DNA of 64,000 bases, from contig CAZSSB010000014.1 in the NCBI GenBank assembly GCA_964609245.1, forward strand, positions 769-64,768, in the 5' to 3' direction. This stretch comes from an uncultured Planctomycetales bacterium. GTDB taxonomy: Bacteria > 4484-113 > JAFGCY01. Position 1 is the first letter of the stretch; each line of letters begins with the position of its first letter. This document shows, piece by piece, positions 22,997 through 31,931 of the stretch. The notes under the pieces are model-generated. The model saw only the letters and a list, made by a program, of their open reading frames with translations, was not told the origin of the DNA and searched no databases. The position numbers were made by a program, and so were the translations under genes.

Positions 22997-24127
22997 CTAG
23001 CCGCCACCCGCCGCCGCGCCAGCCAGTTCCCTGATCGCCGCGACCACCTCGTCGCGCTGCGCCTGCGTAAGTTCGGGGTAGATCGGGATGCTCACCGCGT
23101 CGCCGGCCATCGCCTCGGCGTTCGGGCAGTCTCCTTCCCGCCCGCCCAGCTCCTTGAAGCACTGCTGCAGGTGCAGCGGCACCGGGTAGTAGATCTCGCA
23201 GCCGATACCGCGCGCTTTCAGTCCGTCCATCACCTCGTTGCGCCGTCCGCCCGCGATCCTGAGTGTGTACTGGTTGTAGATGCTCCAGCAGTCGGGGTGA
23301 ATCCGCGGGGTGGTGACCCCGTGGACGCCGTCCAGCCTGGCGTCGTAGTCGGCGGCGTTGGTTCGCCGGCCCGCGTGCCACTCCTCCAGGTACTTCAGCT
23401 TCACGCGCAGCGCCGCCGCCTGCAGGGCGTCCAGCCGTGAGTTGAGGCCCACCAACTGGTGGTAGTACTTCGGCTCGGCACCGTGGTTGCGCAGGATCGC
23501 CATCCGCTGCGCCAGGGTCTCGTCATCGGTGACACACATCCCGCCGTCGCCCAGGCAGCCCAGGTTCTTGCTGGGAAAGAAGCTGAAGGTAGCGATGTGT
23601 CCGCCGGTCTGCCCGACCCGCTTGCCCTTGTACTTGGCTCCGATGCTCTGGGCGGCGTCCTCGACGATCGCGATGCCCCGAGCGCGGCAGGCCGCCGTAA
23701 TCGCCTCCATCTCGGCTACCTGGCCGAAGAGATGCACCGGCATCACTGCTTTGGTCCGTTCCGTCGCCAGCCGCTCGATCTCGCCGGGCAGCATGTTGAA
23801 GGTCACCGGATCACTGTCGGCGAACACCGGTTTCGCACCGACGCGCACCACCGAACCCACCGTAGCGAAGAAGGTGAAGGTCGGGATGATCACCTCATCA
23901 CCCGGGCCGATGTCCAGCGCCATCAGCGCCAACACGATCGCGTCGCTTCCGCTGGCGCAGCCGACCGCATGCTTCGCGCCGCAGTATTCCGCGATTTCAT
24001 TCTCGAATGCGCCGACCAGCGGCCCCATGATGAAGCGCTGCGTGTCGTAGACCTCTTCAAGCGCAGCCTTGATCTCGTCACCGACCTGCGCCCACTGCGC
24101 CTTGAGGTCAAGTAGCGGAACTCCCAT
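22997..24127 (-). CDS. DegT/DnrJ/EryC1/StrS-family PLP-dependent sugar aminotransferase (WbpE/WlbC-like)
   Basis: 376 aa. Matching blocks: PLLDLKAQWAQVGDEIKAALEEVYDTQRFIMGP, GDEVIIPTFTFFATVGSV, ATFSFFPSKNLGCLGDGG (PLP lysine context) and ILRNHG. Confidence 0.9.
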   Translation of the reverse strand: MGVPLLDLKAQWAQVGDEIKAALEEVYDTQRFIMGPLVGAFENEIAEYCGAKHAVGCASGSDAIVLALMALDIGPGDEVIIPTFTFFATVGSVVRVGAKPVFADSDPVTFNMLPGEIERLATERTKAVMPVHLFGQVAEMEAITAACRARGIAIVEDAAQSIGAKYKGKRVGQTGGHIATFSFFPSKNLGCLGDGGMCVTDDETLAQRMAILRNHGAEPKYYHQLVGLNSRLDALQAAALRVKLKYLEEWHAGRRTNAADYDARLDGVHGVTTPRIHPDCWSIYNQYTLRIAGGRRNEVMDGLKARGIGCEIYYPVPLHLQQCFKELGGREGDCPNAEAMAGDAVSIPIYPELTQAQRDEVVAAIRELAGAAAGGG

Positions 24128-24213
24128 ATTCTACTGTCCTTTGCTGCTCGATTAACCCACCATTTGGGGTCTATCTAGGATAGCGTATGCCGGGGCCCGG
24201 GCCGATACTGCTG

Positions 24214-24222
24214 TGCTAGAAT
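24214..24222 (+). promoter_or_regulatory. Extended -10 element TGCTAGAAT upstream of the chain-length-determinant gene
   Basis: TGnTAnnAT match in the divergent 154-bp spacer, about 55 nt upstream of ATG 24282. Confidence 0.35.
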
Positions 24223-24281
24223 TGTCGCGCCCAGGCACCGGCGGGGCTGTTAGGTGCGGACGGCAAGGCGGAGAGTGGGGC

Positions 24282-26564
24282 ATGAACCAGGCGGTCAACG
24301 CTGACTGGAAACCGGAGGCCGATGCGGAGTACGGCCGGGCCTTGATTCCATACCTGCTGAAGCGGTATGGGTGGCTGCTGCTCGGTGGCCTGATCCTCGG
24401 TGGATTCGTATTCGGGCTCGCGTCGCTGCTCGCCCCACCCGTTTACAGCACCCGCGGCATCCTGCATATCACGAAGAGCGGTACAGCTTCCGGCTTCATG
24501 GGCTCTTTGGCCGGACTTGGCGGCGGGGTGCCGCTGCCCGACGAGCGCCAGATCATCGTCAGCCGCGAAATCGGCTGGCAGGTGATCGACGAACTGGGGC
24601 TGCAGGTCGACGTCTACGATCCGAAGTGCACCGATGCTCCCTGGCGGCGAGTGCTGGGCAAGCTGGGATTGGGCGGCGTTGAGGGCTCGCGCGAGGAGCA
24701 CTACTCGCGCCTCGTGATCCGGGACGTGGAAGTCAACCCGGACATGCTCGGCGCCAAACGGCGCTGGATCACCGCCGACGCTGACGGCGCCTGGCGCTCG
24801 GACCAACGCGAAGGAGGCCCCGGCGAGCGCCTGGAGTCAACCAGCTACGGCTTCCTCCCCCAGTTCGGCGCGGCCCACGCCGCCGGCGACCGCTATCTGC
24901 TGACCATCAAGCCCGATCACGAGGCCTGGGCCAGCTACATCAGCTCGCTGAGCGTCACCCGGGCCGGACCCGAGACCAGCATGCTGTCCGTCAGGTTCTC
25001 CCACCCCAACCCGCTGATCGCCCGTCAGGTGGTGGACCTGGTGCTTGAGAAGTACCTGGACTACACGTACGACATCACCTACGGCAACTACGACGTGCTG
25101 CTGGATTTCATCGCCGAGGAGAACGCCGCGGCGCAGCAGAGCCTCGATGACGGTCTGGCGCGGCTGGCCGAGTACCAGGAGGAGCACCGCGTCTACGCCG
25201 AGACCGCCCAGGGCGCCACCGCCATCCAGTCCCTGGCGCAGCTCAGCCGCCAGCAGACCGAGGCCCGCATCCAGCTGCTGCAGATCGACAACGTGCTGGC
25301 GATGATCGAGTCCCGCACGCCGGCGGAGGTCAGCGCCACCATTCAGGCGCCGGCGACCGTCCTGCCAATCGAGGGCGAGCTGGTCAGCCAGCTGGCAGAG
25401 GCGGTCCGCGGCCTGGAGGACGCCCGCCAGACCCGCACGGAGGCGCACCCGGAGGTGCTGCGGCTGCAGGATCAGATCGCCACCGTCCTGGGGCAGATCG
25501 AGGACAGCCTGCAGTCGGCACGGCAGGGCTACGAGCTCACCCGCCAGGGCGTGGCCGCCGACATCGCCGGGTTGAAATCCGAGCTGGCGGACCTGCCGGC
25601 GGCCACCGGGGGCATCACTCTGCTGCGCGGCCAGATCGAGGCCGACCAGCAGATCCTGGCGCTGCTCAAGGAACAGGAGGCCCAGACCAAGCTGCAGCGC
25701 GCCAGCACCAGTACGGACGTCCGCGTGCTGGACTACCCGACGATGCCGGCCCGCCGCGACAGCCCGCGGATCATGCGCGACGGCGCGCTGGGGGTCTTCC
25801 TGGGCCTGCTGGCCGCCGTGCTGGCGATGCTCGTGATTGAATCCTACCGGCGCGACTTCCGGACGCTGCGGGAGCTGCGCACCGTCCTCGACCTGCCGGT
25901 GCTGGCCGTGCTGCCGGGCCGGCCCACTCGCGCGCCATGGCGCCCCGCTGGCCTCGACGAGGCGATTCCGCAGCTGTGGAGCGTGCTCGACGAGCACCAG
26001 CCCGTGGCGGTCGTCCACCTCGAGACGGCGCGCCCCTGCTTCGACCTGTGCTGGGCCCTGAGCGGTCCCGAAGCGGGCCTTGAGAAGGCAGCGGTGCTGC
26101 TGGACCTCGACCCCCTCCAGGCGCGCCTGACGCGTGCCCTCGGCCACGAGCCGGGTCCGGGACTCAATGATGTCGCCCGCGGCGCGAAGACCGCCGCCGA
26201 CGCTGCGATTCGACTCGACGAGCACCGCTGGCTCCTGCGCTATGGCACTGGCCAGTCCTCCGCGGACCAGGTTTCGCACCTGCTTGAGCAGCTGACCACA
26301 GAGCACGGACGGGTGATCGCCTGCCTGCCATCACCCAGCCACTGGGCCGGCGTGGACCGGCTCAGGCCGCTGCTCGCCCAGTGTGTGCTGACCGTCTCCC
26401 AGAGCCGGGCCAGCCGCGGCGACATCGCGGCGGCGCTAAGCCGGCTCAGGCGGCTGGGGCTTGAGGTCCGCGGCATAGTGGTGACGCGCTTTGACGCCCG
26501 GCGCGATCCGCTCGCCGCCGTCGAACTGGCCCAGGTGCCGGTCGTGAAAACGGGACGGGCCTGA
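24282..26564 (+). CDS. Polysaccharide co-polymerase (Wzz/GumC-type chain-length determinant) with degenerate C-terminal BY-kinase-like domain
   Basis: Start re-set to ATG 24282 (GGAGAG RBS). It has an N-terminal Wzz-like TM segment (LIPYLLKRYGWLLLGGLILGGFVFGL), a long coiled-coil periplasmic region and a second TM helix (ALGVFLGLLAAVLAMLVI). The C-terminal ~220 aa resemble a P-loop kinase fold but have no GxxxxGK[ST] Walker A that I can find. Confidence 0.75.
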   Translation: MNQAVNADWKPEADAEYGRALIPYLLKRYGWLLLGGLILGGFVFGLASLLAPPVYSTRGILHITKSGTASGFMGSLAGLGGGVPLPDERQIIVSREIGWQVIDELGLQVDVYDPKCTDAPWRRVLGKLGLGGVEGSREEHYSRLVIRDVEVNPDMLGAKRRWITADADGAWRSDQREGGPGERLESTSYGFLPQFGAAHAAGDRYLLTIKPDHEAWASYISSLSVTRAGPETSMLSVRFSHPNPLIARQVVDLVLEKYLDYTYDITYGNYDVLLDFIAEENAAAQQSLDDGLARLAEYQEEHRVYAETAQGATAIQSLAQLSRQQTEARIQLLQIDNVLAMIESRTPAEVSATIQAPATVLPIEGELVSQLAEAVRGLEDARQTRTEAHPEVLRLQDQIATVLGQIEDSLQSARQGYELTRQGVAADIAGLKSELADLPAATGGITLLRGQIEADQQILALLKEQEAQTKLQRASTSTDVRVLDYPTMPARRDSPRIMRDGALGVFLGLLAAVLAMLVIESYRRDFRTLRELRTVLDLPVLAVLPGRPTRAPWRPAGLDEAIPQLWSVLDEHQPVAVVHLETARPCFDLCWALSGPEAGLEKAAVLLDLDPLQARLTRALGHEPGPGLNDVARGAKTAADAAIRLDEHRWLLRYGTGQSSADQVSHLLEQLTTEHGRVIACLPSPSHWAGVDRLRPLLAQCVLTVSQSRASRGDIAAALSRLRRLGLEVRGIVVTRFDARRDPLAAVELAQVPVVKTGRA

Positions 26565-27946
26565 TGCCCGCCGACACCGCCGCCCTCCCCGCTCCCGCTC
26601 CGGCGAGCACTGCCAGCTGGCCGTCCCCCTGGGCCTGGGTGCTGCGCGCCGCGGGTCTCGTCTTCTCATTCGAGTGCGCTCTGCTGCTGATGCTGTTCGC
26701 GGGCATCTATAAGGCCGATCCGCGCTTCGCCTGGCTGCCGGTCGACCCCACGGCGCTGTTTTTCGGGCTGAGCGTGATCGCGGGGATCCACGTGGCCCTT
26801 CGCCGCGGCCTCCGCGCCCGTCAGGCCGCGCTGGCGCTGGTCTGGCTGGCCGCCGCCTTCGCGGGCTGGGCGCTGCTCAGCCTGCTGTGGACGCCCGGGC
26901 ACATCTACGCCTACAGCAAGGCGCTGTACACCGCCACGCTGCTGCTGTGGCCGCTGGCGGGTTGCGCGTTGATCATCGCGCCCGAGCCCGCGCGCTACCG
27001 GCGGTTCTTCCTGCTGCTCCTGCTGCTCTCGGTCTGGGTCGCCGCCGAGACCGCGGTGGCTTTCGCCGCCAACGCCGCCGCCGGCCATCTGACGTTCTTC
27101 GTCAATGCTCTGAGCGGCACGTATCTGTCGCTGGGCCGCGCGATCGGTCCAGGGCTGATCGTATTGCTGACTTTCGGGCTCTACATCGAGCGCCGCCTGT
27201 GGCTGCGGCTGCCGCTGCTCGGGCTCGCGGCGCTCTTTCTGCTGCTGCTGCTCAGTATCGGCGGTCGCGGTCCGTTCATCGCCGCCCTCCTCGCCGCCCT
27301 GGCCGTAATCATGCTGGGTCTGCGCTTTAGTCTGGGCCACAGCGCCCCACGCCTGCTGGTGCAGTATCTGCTCGTGCTGCTCGTTGCGGGAGTGCTGCTC
27401 GCCGCGGCGGCGCGCGCCCCCCAGCTCGGGATCAGCGAGATGCCCGCCACCCTGCGCCGCCTGGCACTGCTGTCCGAGATGGGGCTGACCCGCAACAGCC
27501 GGATCGAGCATTTCCGCAATACGTGGAACGGCCTCGATGCCGGCACGCCGGCGGGCTATGGCGTGGGCAGCTGGCCGGTGGTGCTGGGCTACGGCGACTT
27601 CCGCGGCTATCCGCACAACATCTTCCTGGAGATTCTGTTCGAGCTGGGCCTGCCGGGCCTGCTGCTGTTCGTCGCGATGCTCTGGGTGGCGCTGCGCGGC
27701 AGCTTCCCACTCTCGCTACTGCGCGGCCGGCCCTACGCCCTGCTGGCGCTCGGGTTGTTTCTGGGCGCATTCCTCAACGCCCAGGTCTCGGGGGACCTCA
27801 ACGACAACCGCTGGCTGTTCGCCTGCCTCGGCCTGCTGATGCTGACGGGGGGTGGCCTTGGCGCGGGAGAGCCGGCCCAGTCTCAGCCGAATGAACCTGC
27901 CGCCGCGCTGGTCGGTAGTCGGGATCGCGGACAGCGCGAGTCCTGA
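26564..27946 (+). CDS. O-antigen ligase/polymerase family membrane protein (Wzy_C-like)
   Basis: 460 aa and polytopic. The characteristic block is GYGVGSWPVVLGYGDFRGYPHNIFLEILFELGLPGLLLFVAMLWVAL. ATG overlaps the upstream stop (ATGA at 26561-26564). Confidence 0.75.
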   Translation: MPADTAALPAPAPASTASWPSPWAWVLRAAGLVFSFECALLLMLFAGIYKADPRFAWLPVDPTALFFGLSVIAGIHVALRRGLRARQAALALVWLAAAFAGWALLSLLWTPGHIYAYSKALYTATLLLWPLAGCALIIAPEPARYRRFFLLLLLLSVWVAAETAVAFAANAAAGHLTFFVNALSGTYLSLGRAIGPGLIVLLTFGLYIERRLWLRLPLLGLAALFLLLLLSIGGRGPFIAALLAALAVIMLGLRFSLGHSAPRLLVQYLLVLLVAGVLLAAAARAPQLGISEMPATLRRLALLSEMGLTRNSRIEHFRNTWNGLDAGTPAGYGVGSWPVVLGYGDFRGYPHNIFLEILFELGLPGLLLFVAMLWVALRGSFPLSLLRGRPYALLALGLFLGAFLNAQVSGDLNDNRWLFACLGLLMLTGGGLGAGEPAQSQPNEPAAALVGSRDRGQRES

Positions 27947-28039
27947 CTCGCCCGCACAGCCGGTGCATCGCCACCCACGGGCAGCGGGGCTGCCAACGCG
28001 GTATACTTCAGGTGGATCGAGCGTTTGGAGGATAAGTCC

Positions 28040-31000
28040 GTGCCAACGCTGACGAGGTGCCTACTAGTTTGCGCCGCTGGCTGCCTGCTGCTTGTAAGCT
28101 GTAATCAGAGTGCGAACCTCCCCGATCCGCCGGAACTGCCAGCAACTTCAGAGCCGCTTGGCTCGCCCTCGCCTGCGACCCGGCATGATGCACCTGCGCT
28201 GACGGGCATACCAGCACCAGCACAGTTCCACGTCGTGGCCTATAGCCTTGAAGGCCTGGAGCAAGCTGGCAGCGAGTTTCTCGCCGACCTGCCATTCCAG
28301 CGGGTTACCGCGGCAGGCAGCGCCGCGCGCTACGCACCGGTCTGGGACCCCGCCGCACCTGCCGTTCAGGATCTGGCCTACGCCATGTATGGGTTTGACC
28401 TGAGTGGGTACGACCTCGACGAATCGGTGCGCCTGGGCTGGGCCCTGGCCCACGCCAGCTCGGATGCGTGGTTGGGGCTGGCGGATCGGAACGATGATCG
28501 CTGGGTTTGGCAGCCCATTCCGGAGCTCGGCATTGTCAGGACCGCATTCGAGAATCACATCAGAGCGGATGGCTTGCTCCTCGCAGTCGTGATGCTGACC
28601 GGCAGCCATGAATGGGAGCTGGAGACGATCGCAATCGGCCGCTCCGAGAATCACCCGGTCGCGAGTCTGATTGCCGCACCGACGGAGGGGCTGGCGCCGC
28701 TCGAAGTCACCTGCGACGCAAGCGCAAGCTACGATCCGAACGGGCAGATCACGCGGTTCGACTGGGATCTGGACGGCGATGGCGTGTTCGAGGTAACCGC
28801 TGGTACTGCGACGCAGACTGTGACCTACGATGCTGCCGGCCTCCACAGGCCGGGTGTGCTGGTCACCGATGACGAGGACCTGCAGGATGTCGCCTACGCC
28901 GAGGTCCAGGCCGGCCTGGCGCCGGTTGCCATGCTGTACGCTCACCCGGCGGGCGGCGATGCTCCGCTGACGGTGCAGCTGAACGCCGCGGGGAGCTATG
29001 ACCCCGACGGTGATGTCTCCAGCTTCGACTGGGATCTCGATGGCGATAGCGGCTTCGAGCTGCTTGGCGCAAGCCCAACGCCCGCCACCGTGACCTTCGA
29101 GGACTCCGGCCGGCATCAGGTATCGGTGCGGGTAACCGACGACGACGGCTTCACCGGCCAGTGCCACGCGCGGATCGCCGTCGGCGTCGCGCCCTGGCCG
29201 ATGTACATGCACGATCCGCAGCGCAGCGGGCGCAGCGAGTTCGTCGGCGCGCAGAGCAATATGCTCAGGTGGAAGTTCCGTACCACCGGGCTCGGCTTTG
29301 ACATGGCCGCGCCGGTCGTCGGCGAGGACGGCACGACCTATCTGGGCATCGGCCACAGTCTGGATGCACTCGCGCCGGACGGCACAATCCTGTGGACAGC
29401 GCTGGCAGGCATCGATCCGTCAACCGAGCCGACGCTGACGACAAACGGCAGGCTCTACGTCGGCGCTGCCACTGTTTACCCCATCGGAGGAAAGGACGGG
29501 GGTCTCCACGCGTTCCTGCTTGACGGTACTTATCTGTGGACCTATTGGACGCCGGAGCCTGTCTTTTCGCGTCCGGTGGTAGATGGGGACGGGATCATCT
29601 ACTTCGGGTGTCAAGACAGTAATCTGTACGCAGTCAACGCGGACGGCAGTCTCAAGTGGCGCTTCTCCGCCACCGGCAGAATCCGTGCTGCGCCGGCTGT
29701 CGGCGGGGATGGGACCGTCTACTTCGGGACCTCTCTTGGTGAGTACGCCTTCTACGCGATCAATCCGGATGGAACGGAGAAGTGGCGCTATCCGACTGCA
29801 AGAGCGATCATGGACCCACCCATCCTCCTCGACAGTGGCTCGGTCTGCTTCTGTAGCAGTAGTACACTCTATTCGCTGAAACCCAATGGCAGCCTCAACT
29901 GGGCTCACGAACTCGGCGGCAGCGGTCAACCGGTGATCGCCACGGACGGCCTGCTCTATATGCCGTTCTCGGTCTATCACTCCTGGGGCAGCGACTACTT
30001 CCTGTACGTACTGAACCAGCAAGGCGAGCTGGATCGCTCGTATGAGTTCGACGCCAAGATCCTGAACAATCGCGCGGTGCTCGACGAGGAAGGAAGATGC
30101 TGCTTCTTCAGCAACGACGGCCTTTACGTCTGCGACCCTGATCCCGAATTGCAGTGGGTGCTTCCCTCGACATACGCAGCCAGTTTCCCACCCGCGATCG
30201 GTCCATCCGGTTCCTGTTCCGTCGTTGTGTACGGTTTGCCTCCTCACTACGAGGACGAGCTGCTTGCCCTCGATGCTCAGGGCGAGGTGTTGTGGACGCA
30301 TGGCGGCGGAGGGCCGGTACCATCAAGTCCGGCGGTCGATGCCGCCGGCGTTGTATATGTAGGCGGTAACGACCTCTACGCCCTCAACGCGGACGGCAGC
30401 CTGCGGTGGAAGTACGAGATCGACGGCAGCGCCGAAGGCGGCCCGACCGTTACCGACGACGGCATGGTCTACATCTGCGCCGAAGAGCTGGTGCACGCGG
30501 TCGATGCCACCGGAACACGCCAGTGGTGGTGGCATGGCAGTGACAGCTCCTACTCCAGTCCCGTCGTGGACGGCCTTGGGCAGGCGTTGTTCGTCAGGAA
30601 AGGACCATCACCTCAGAGAGTGCTCCACGCCGTTGACAATCTTGGCCTCGAAGTCTGGACCCGCGGCGCTGACGGCCACCCGGCATTGGGCTGGGATGGC
30701 GAGATCATCGCCGGGTCCGGGAATACCATCAGGACACTCGACACGAATGGTGACACACTCCAGGTCCTTTATCTGCGGGAACTCCTCAGCGCAGTGGTAA
30801 CCTCCAACCCAACCGTCGGGCCAAACGGCAGGCTGTACTGCGGAGGCGGGGACTGGAACGGGGAGGAGATGTCCAATTACCGGCTATATGCGCTGACCAC
30901 CGACGGCCGGCCGCTGTGGGAGTACCAGCCGTCCGACTCCGTCGAGATCGGCCAGTGTCCGTCACTGGGTCCGTTCGGGCACGTCTACTTCACTCAGGAC

Positions 31001-31267
31001 GACCTGCTCTACGCGCTGAATGCCGCCGGTGAGCCGCAGTGGTATTACACCGCCGCCGACCACATCGGCACCGCCGTGACCGTTGACGCCGCCGGTAGTC
31101 TCTATTTCGGCTGCGATGACGGCAAGGTCTACGCGCTCGACCAAGATCGCTCGCTGAAGTGGCAGTTCCAGACCGGCGCGCCAGTGAACTCCACCCCCGC
31201 AATCGGGGCCGACGGCACCGTCTACGTTGGCAGCGACGATGGCTACCTCTATGCCATCGGCCCGTAG
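28040..31267 (+). CDS. Lipoprotein with shared N-terminal domain, two PKD domains and PQQ-like beta-propeller repeats
   Basis: Start re-set to GTG 28040 (GGAGGA 7 nt upstream). Lipobox LLLVSC. PKD-like domains: PLEVTCDASASYDPNGQITRFDWDLDGDG and PLTVQLNAAGSYDPDGDVSSFDWDLDGDS. Many repeats of the type LYAVNADGSLKWRF / VYFGT follow. Confidence 0.8.
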   Translation: MPTLTRCLLVCAAGCLLLVSCNQSANLPDPPELPATSEPLGSPSPATRHDAPALTGIPAPAQFHVVAYSLEGLEQAGSEFLADLPFQRVTAAGSAARYAPVWDPAAPAVQDLAYAMYGFDLSGYDLDESVRLGWALAHASSDAWLGLADRNDDRWVWQPIPELGIVRTAFENHIRADGLLLAVVMLTGSHEWELETIAIGRSENHPVASLIAAPTEGLAPLEVTCDASASYDPNGQITRFDWDLDGDGVFEVTAGTATQTVTYDAAGLHRPGVLVTDDEDLQDVAYAEVQAGLAPVAMLYAHPAGGDAPLTVQLNAAGSYDPDGDVSSFDWDLDGDSGFELLGASPTPATVTFEDSGRHQVSVRVTDDDGFTGQCHARIAVGVAPWPMYMHDPQRSGRSEFVGAQSNMLRWKFRTTGLGFDMAAPVVGEDGTTYLGIGHSLDALAPDGTILWTALAGIDPSTEPTLTTNGRLYVGAATVYPIGGKDGGLHAFLLDGTYLWTYWTPEPVFSRPVVDGDGIIYFGCQDSNLYAVNADGSLKWRFSATGRIRAAPAVGGDGTVYFGTSLGEYAFYAINPDGTEKWRYPTARAIMDPPILLDSGSVCFCSSSTLYSLKPNGSLNWAHELGGSGQPVIATDGLLYMPFSVYHSWGSDYFLYVLNQQGELDRSYEFDAKILNNRAVLDEEGRCCFFSNDGLYVCDPDPELQWVLPSTYAASFPPAIGPSGSCSVVVYGLPPHYEDELLALDAQGEVLWTHGGGGPVPSSPAVDAAGVVYVGGNDLYALNADGSLRWKYEIDGSAEGGPTVTDDGMVYICAEELVHAVDATGTRQWWWHGSDSSYSSPVVDGLGQALFVRKGPSPQRVLHAVDNLGLEVWTRGADGHPALGWDGEIIAGSGNTIRTLDTNGDTLQVLYLRELLSAVVTSNPTVGPNGRLYCGGGDWNGEEMSNYRLYALTTDGRPLWEYQPSDSVEIGQCPSLGPFGHVYFTQDDLLYALNAAGEPQWYYTAADHIGTAVTVDAAGSLYFGCDDGKVYALDQDRSLKWQFQTGAPVNSTPAIGADGTVYVGSDDGYLYAIGP

Positions 31268-31288
31268 GAACCGGACCCCTGCCCGTGT

Positions 31289-31858
31289 CTACCCCGCCAG
31301 CAGGTGCTGAAGCAGGATCTTGACGCCGATGCCGATCAGCACCAGGCCGCCGACCAGCTCGGCGCGGCGGCCGAAGCGCAGCCCCAGCCGGCCACCCAGC
31401 AGCATGCCCACCATCGTCAGCGCCGCCGTGGTCAGGCCAATCACCAGCAGCGGGTACCAGATGCTGACGCTCAGCATCGCGAAGCTGAGCCCGACCGCCA
31501 GCGCGTCGATGCTGGTCGCCACCGCCAGCACAATCAGCTGTCCGCCGCGCGTGGGGTCGCCGCGCTTCTCAGCGGGGGTGTCGCCGTTGACCTTGTACTC
31601 CCACAGCGCGCGGCCGCCGATAAAGGCCAGCAGCGCGAACGCCGCCCAATGGTCATAGGCAGCGATGTACTGCTGCAGGTGCAGCCCGGCCAGCCAGCCA
31701 ATGAGCGGCATCAACGCCTGGAAGAGGCCGAAGTGGAACGACAGCCGGAACACCTGCCGCGCCGTGACGCCGCCCAGGATCACGCTGGCGGCGATCGCCA
31801 CGGCGAAAGCGTCCAGCGCCACGCCGATCGCGATACCGATTGTCTCCAGCCAACTCAT
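31289..31858 (-). CDS. mntP: Manganese efflux pump MntP
   Basis: 189 aa. Matching blocks: SWLETIGIAIGVALDAFAVAIAAS, FHFGLFQALMPLIGWLAG and AVATSIDALAVGLSF, the two-repeat DUF204/MntP architecture. Confidence 0.85.
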   Translation of the reverse strand: MSWLETIGIAIGVALDAFAVAIAASVILGGVTARQVFRLSFHFGLFQALMPLIGWLAGLHLQQYIAAYDHWAAFALLAFIGGRALWEYKVNGDTPAEKRGDPTRGGQLIVLAVATSIDALAVGLSFAMLSVSIWYPLLVIGLTTAALTMVGMLLGGRLGLRFGRRAELVGGLVLIGIGVKILLQHLLAG

Positions 31859-31931
31859 ACCCGTTGATTCACCGGCTCAGCCGAAAGGCGCGGAGTGTAT
31901 GGTGACGACACCCGCATGCGGGCCCTGTTGC

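Noticed and set aside
22956-23381. 142-aa N-terminal extension of the acetyltransferase ORF 22326..23381
   Set aside because: It overlaps the aminotransferase gene in another frame and is Arg/Gly-rich. The LbH protein starts naturally at MNDYYVHPTAVIDEDV (ATG 22955).
31859-31931. yybP-ykoY manganese riboswitch expected upstream of mntP
   Set aside because: Only 73 nt separate mntP from the upstream gene. I could not find the conserved riboswitch cores, only a short CCCGCATGCGGG palindrome. An Infernal scan would be needed, so no call is made.
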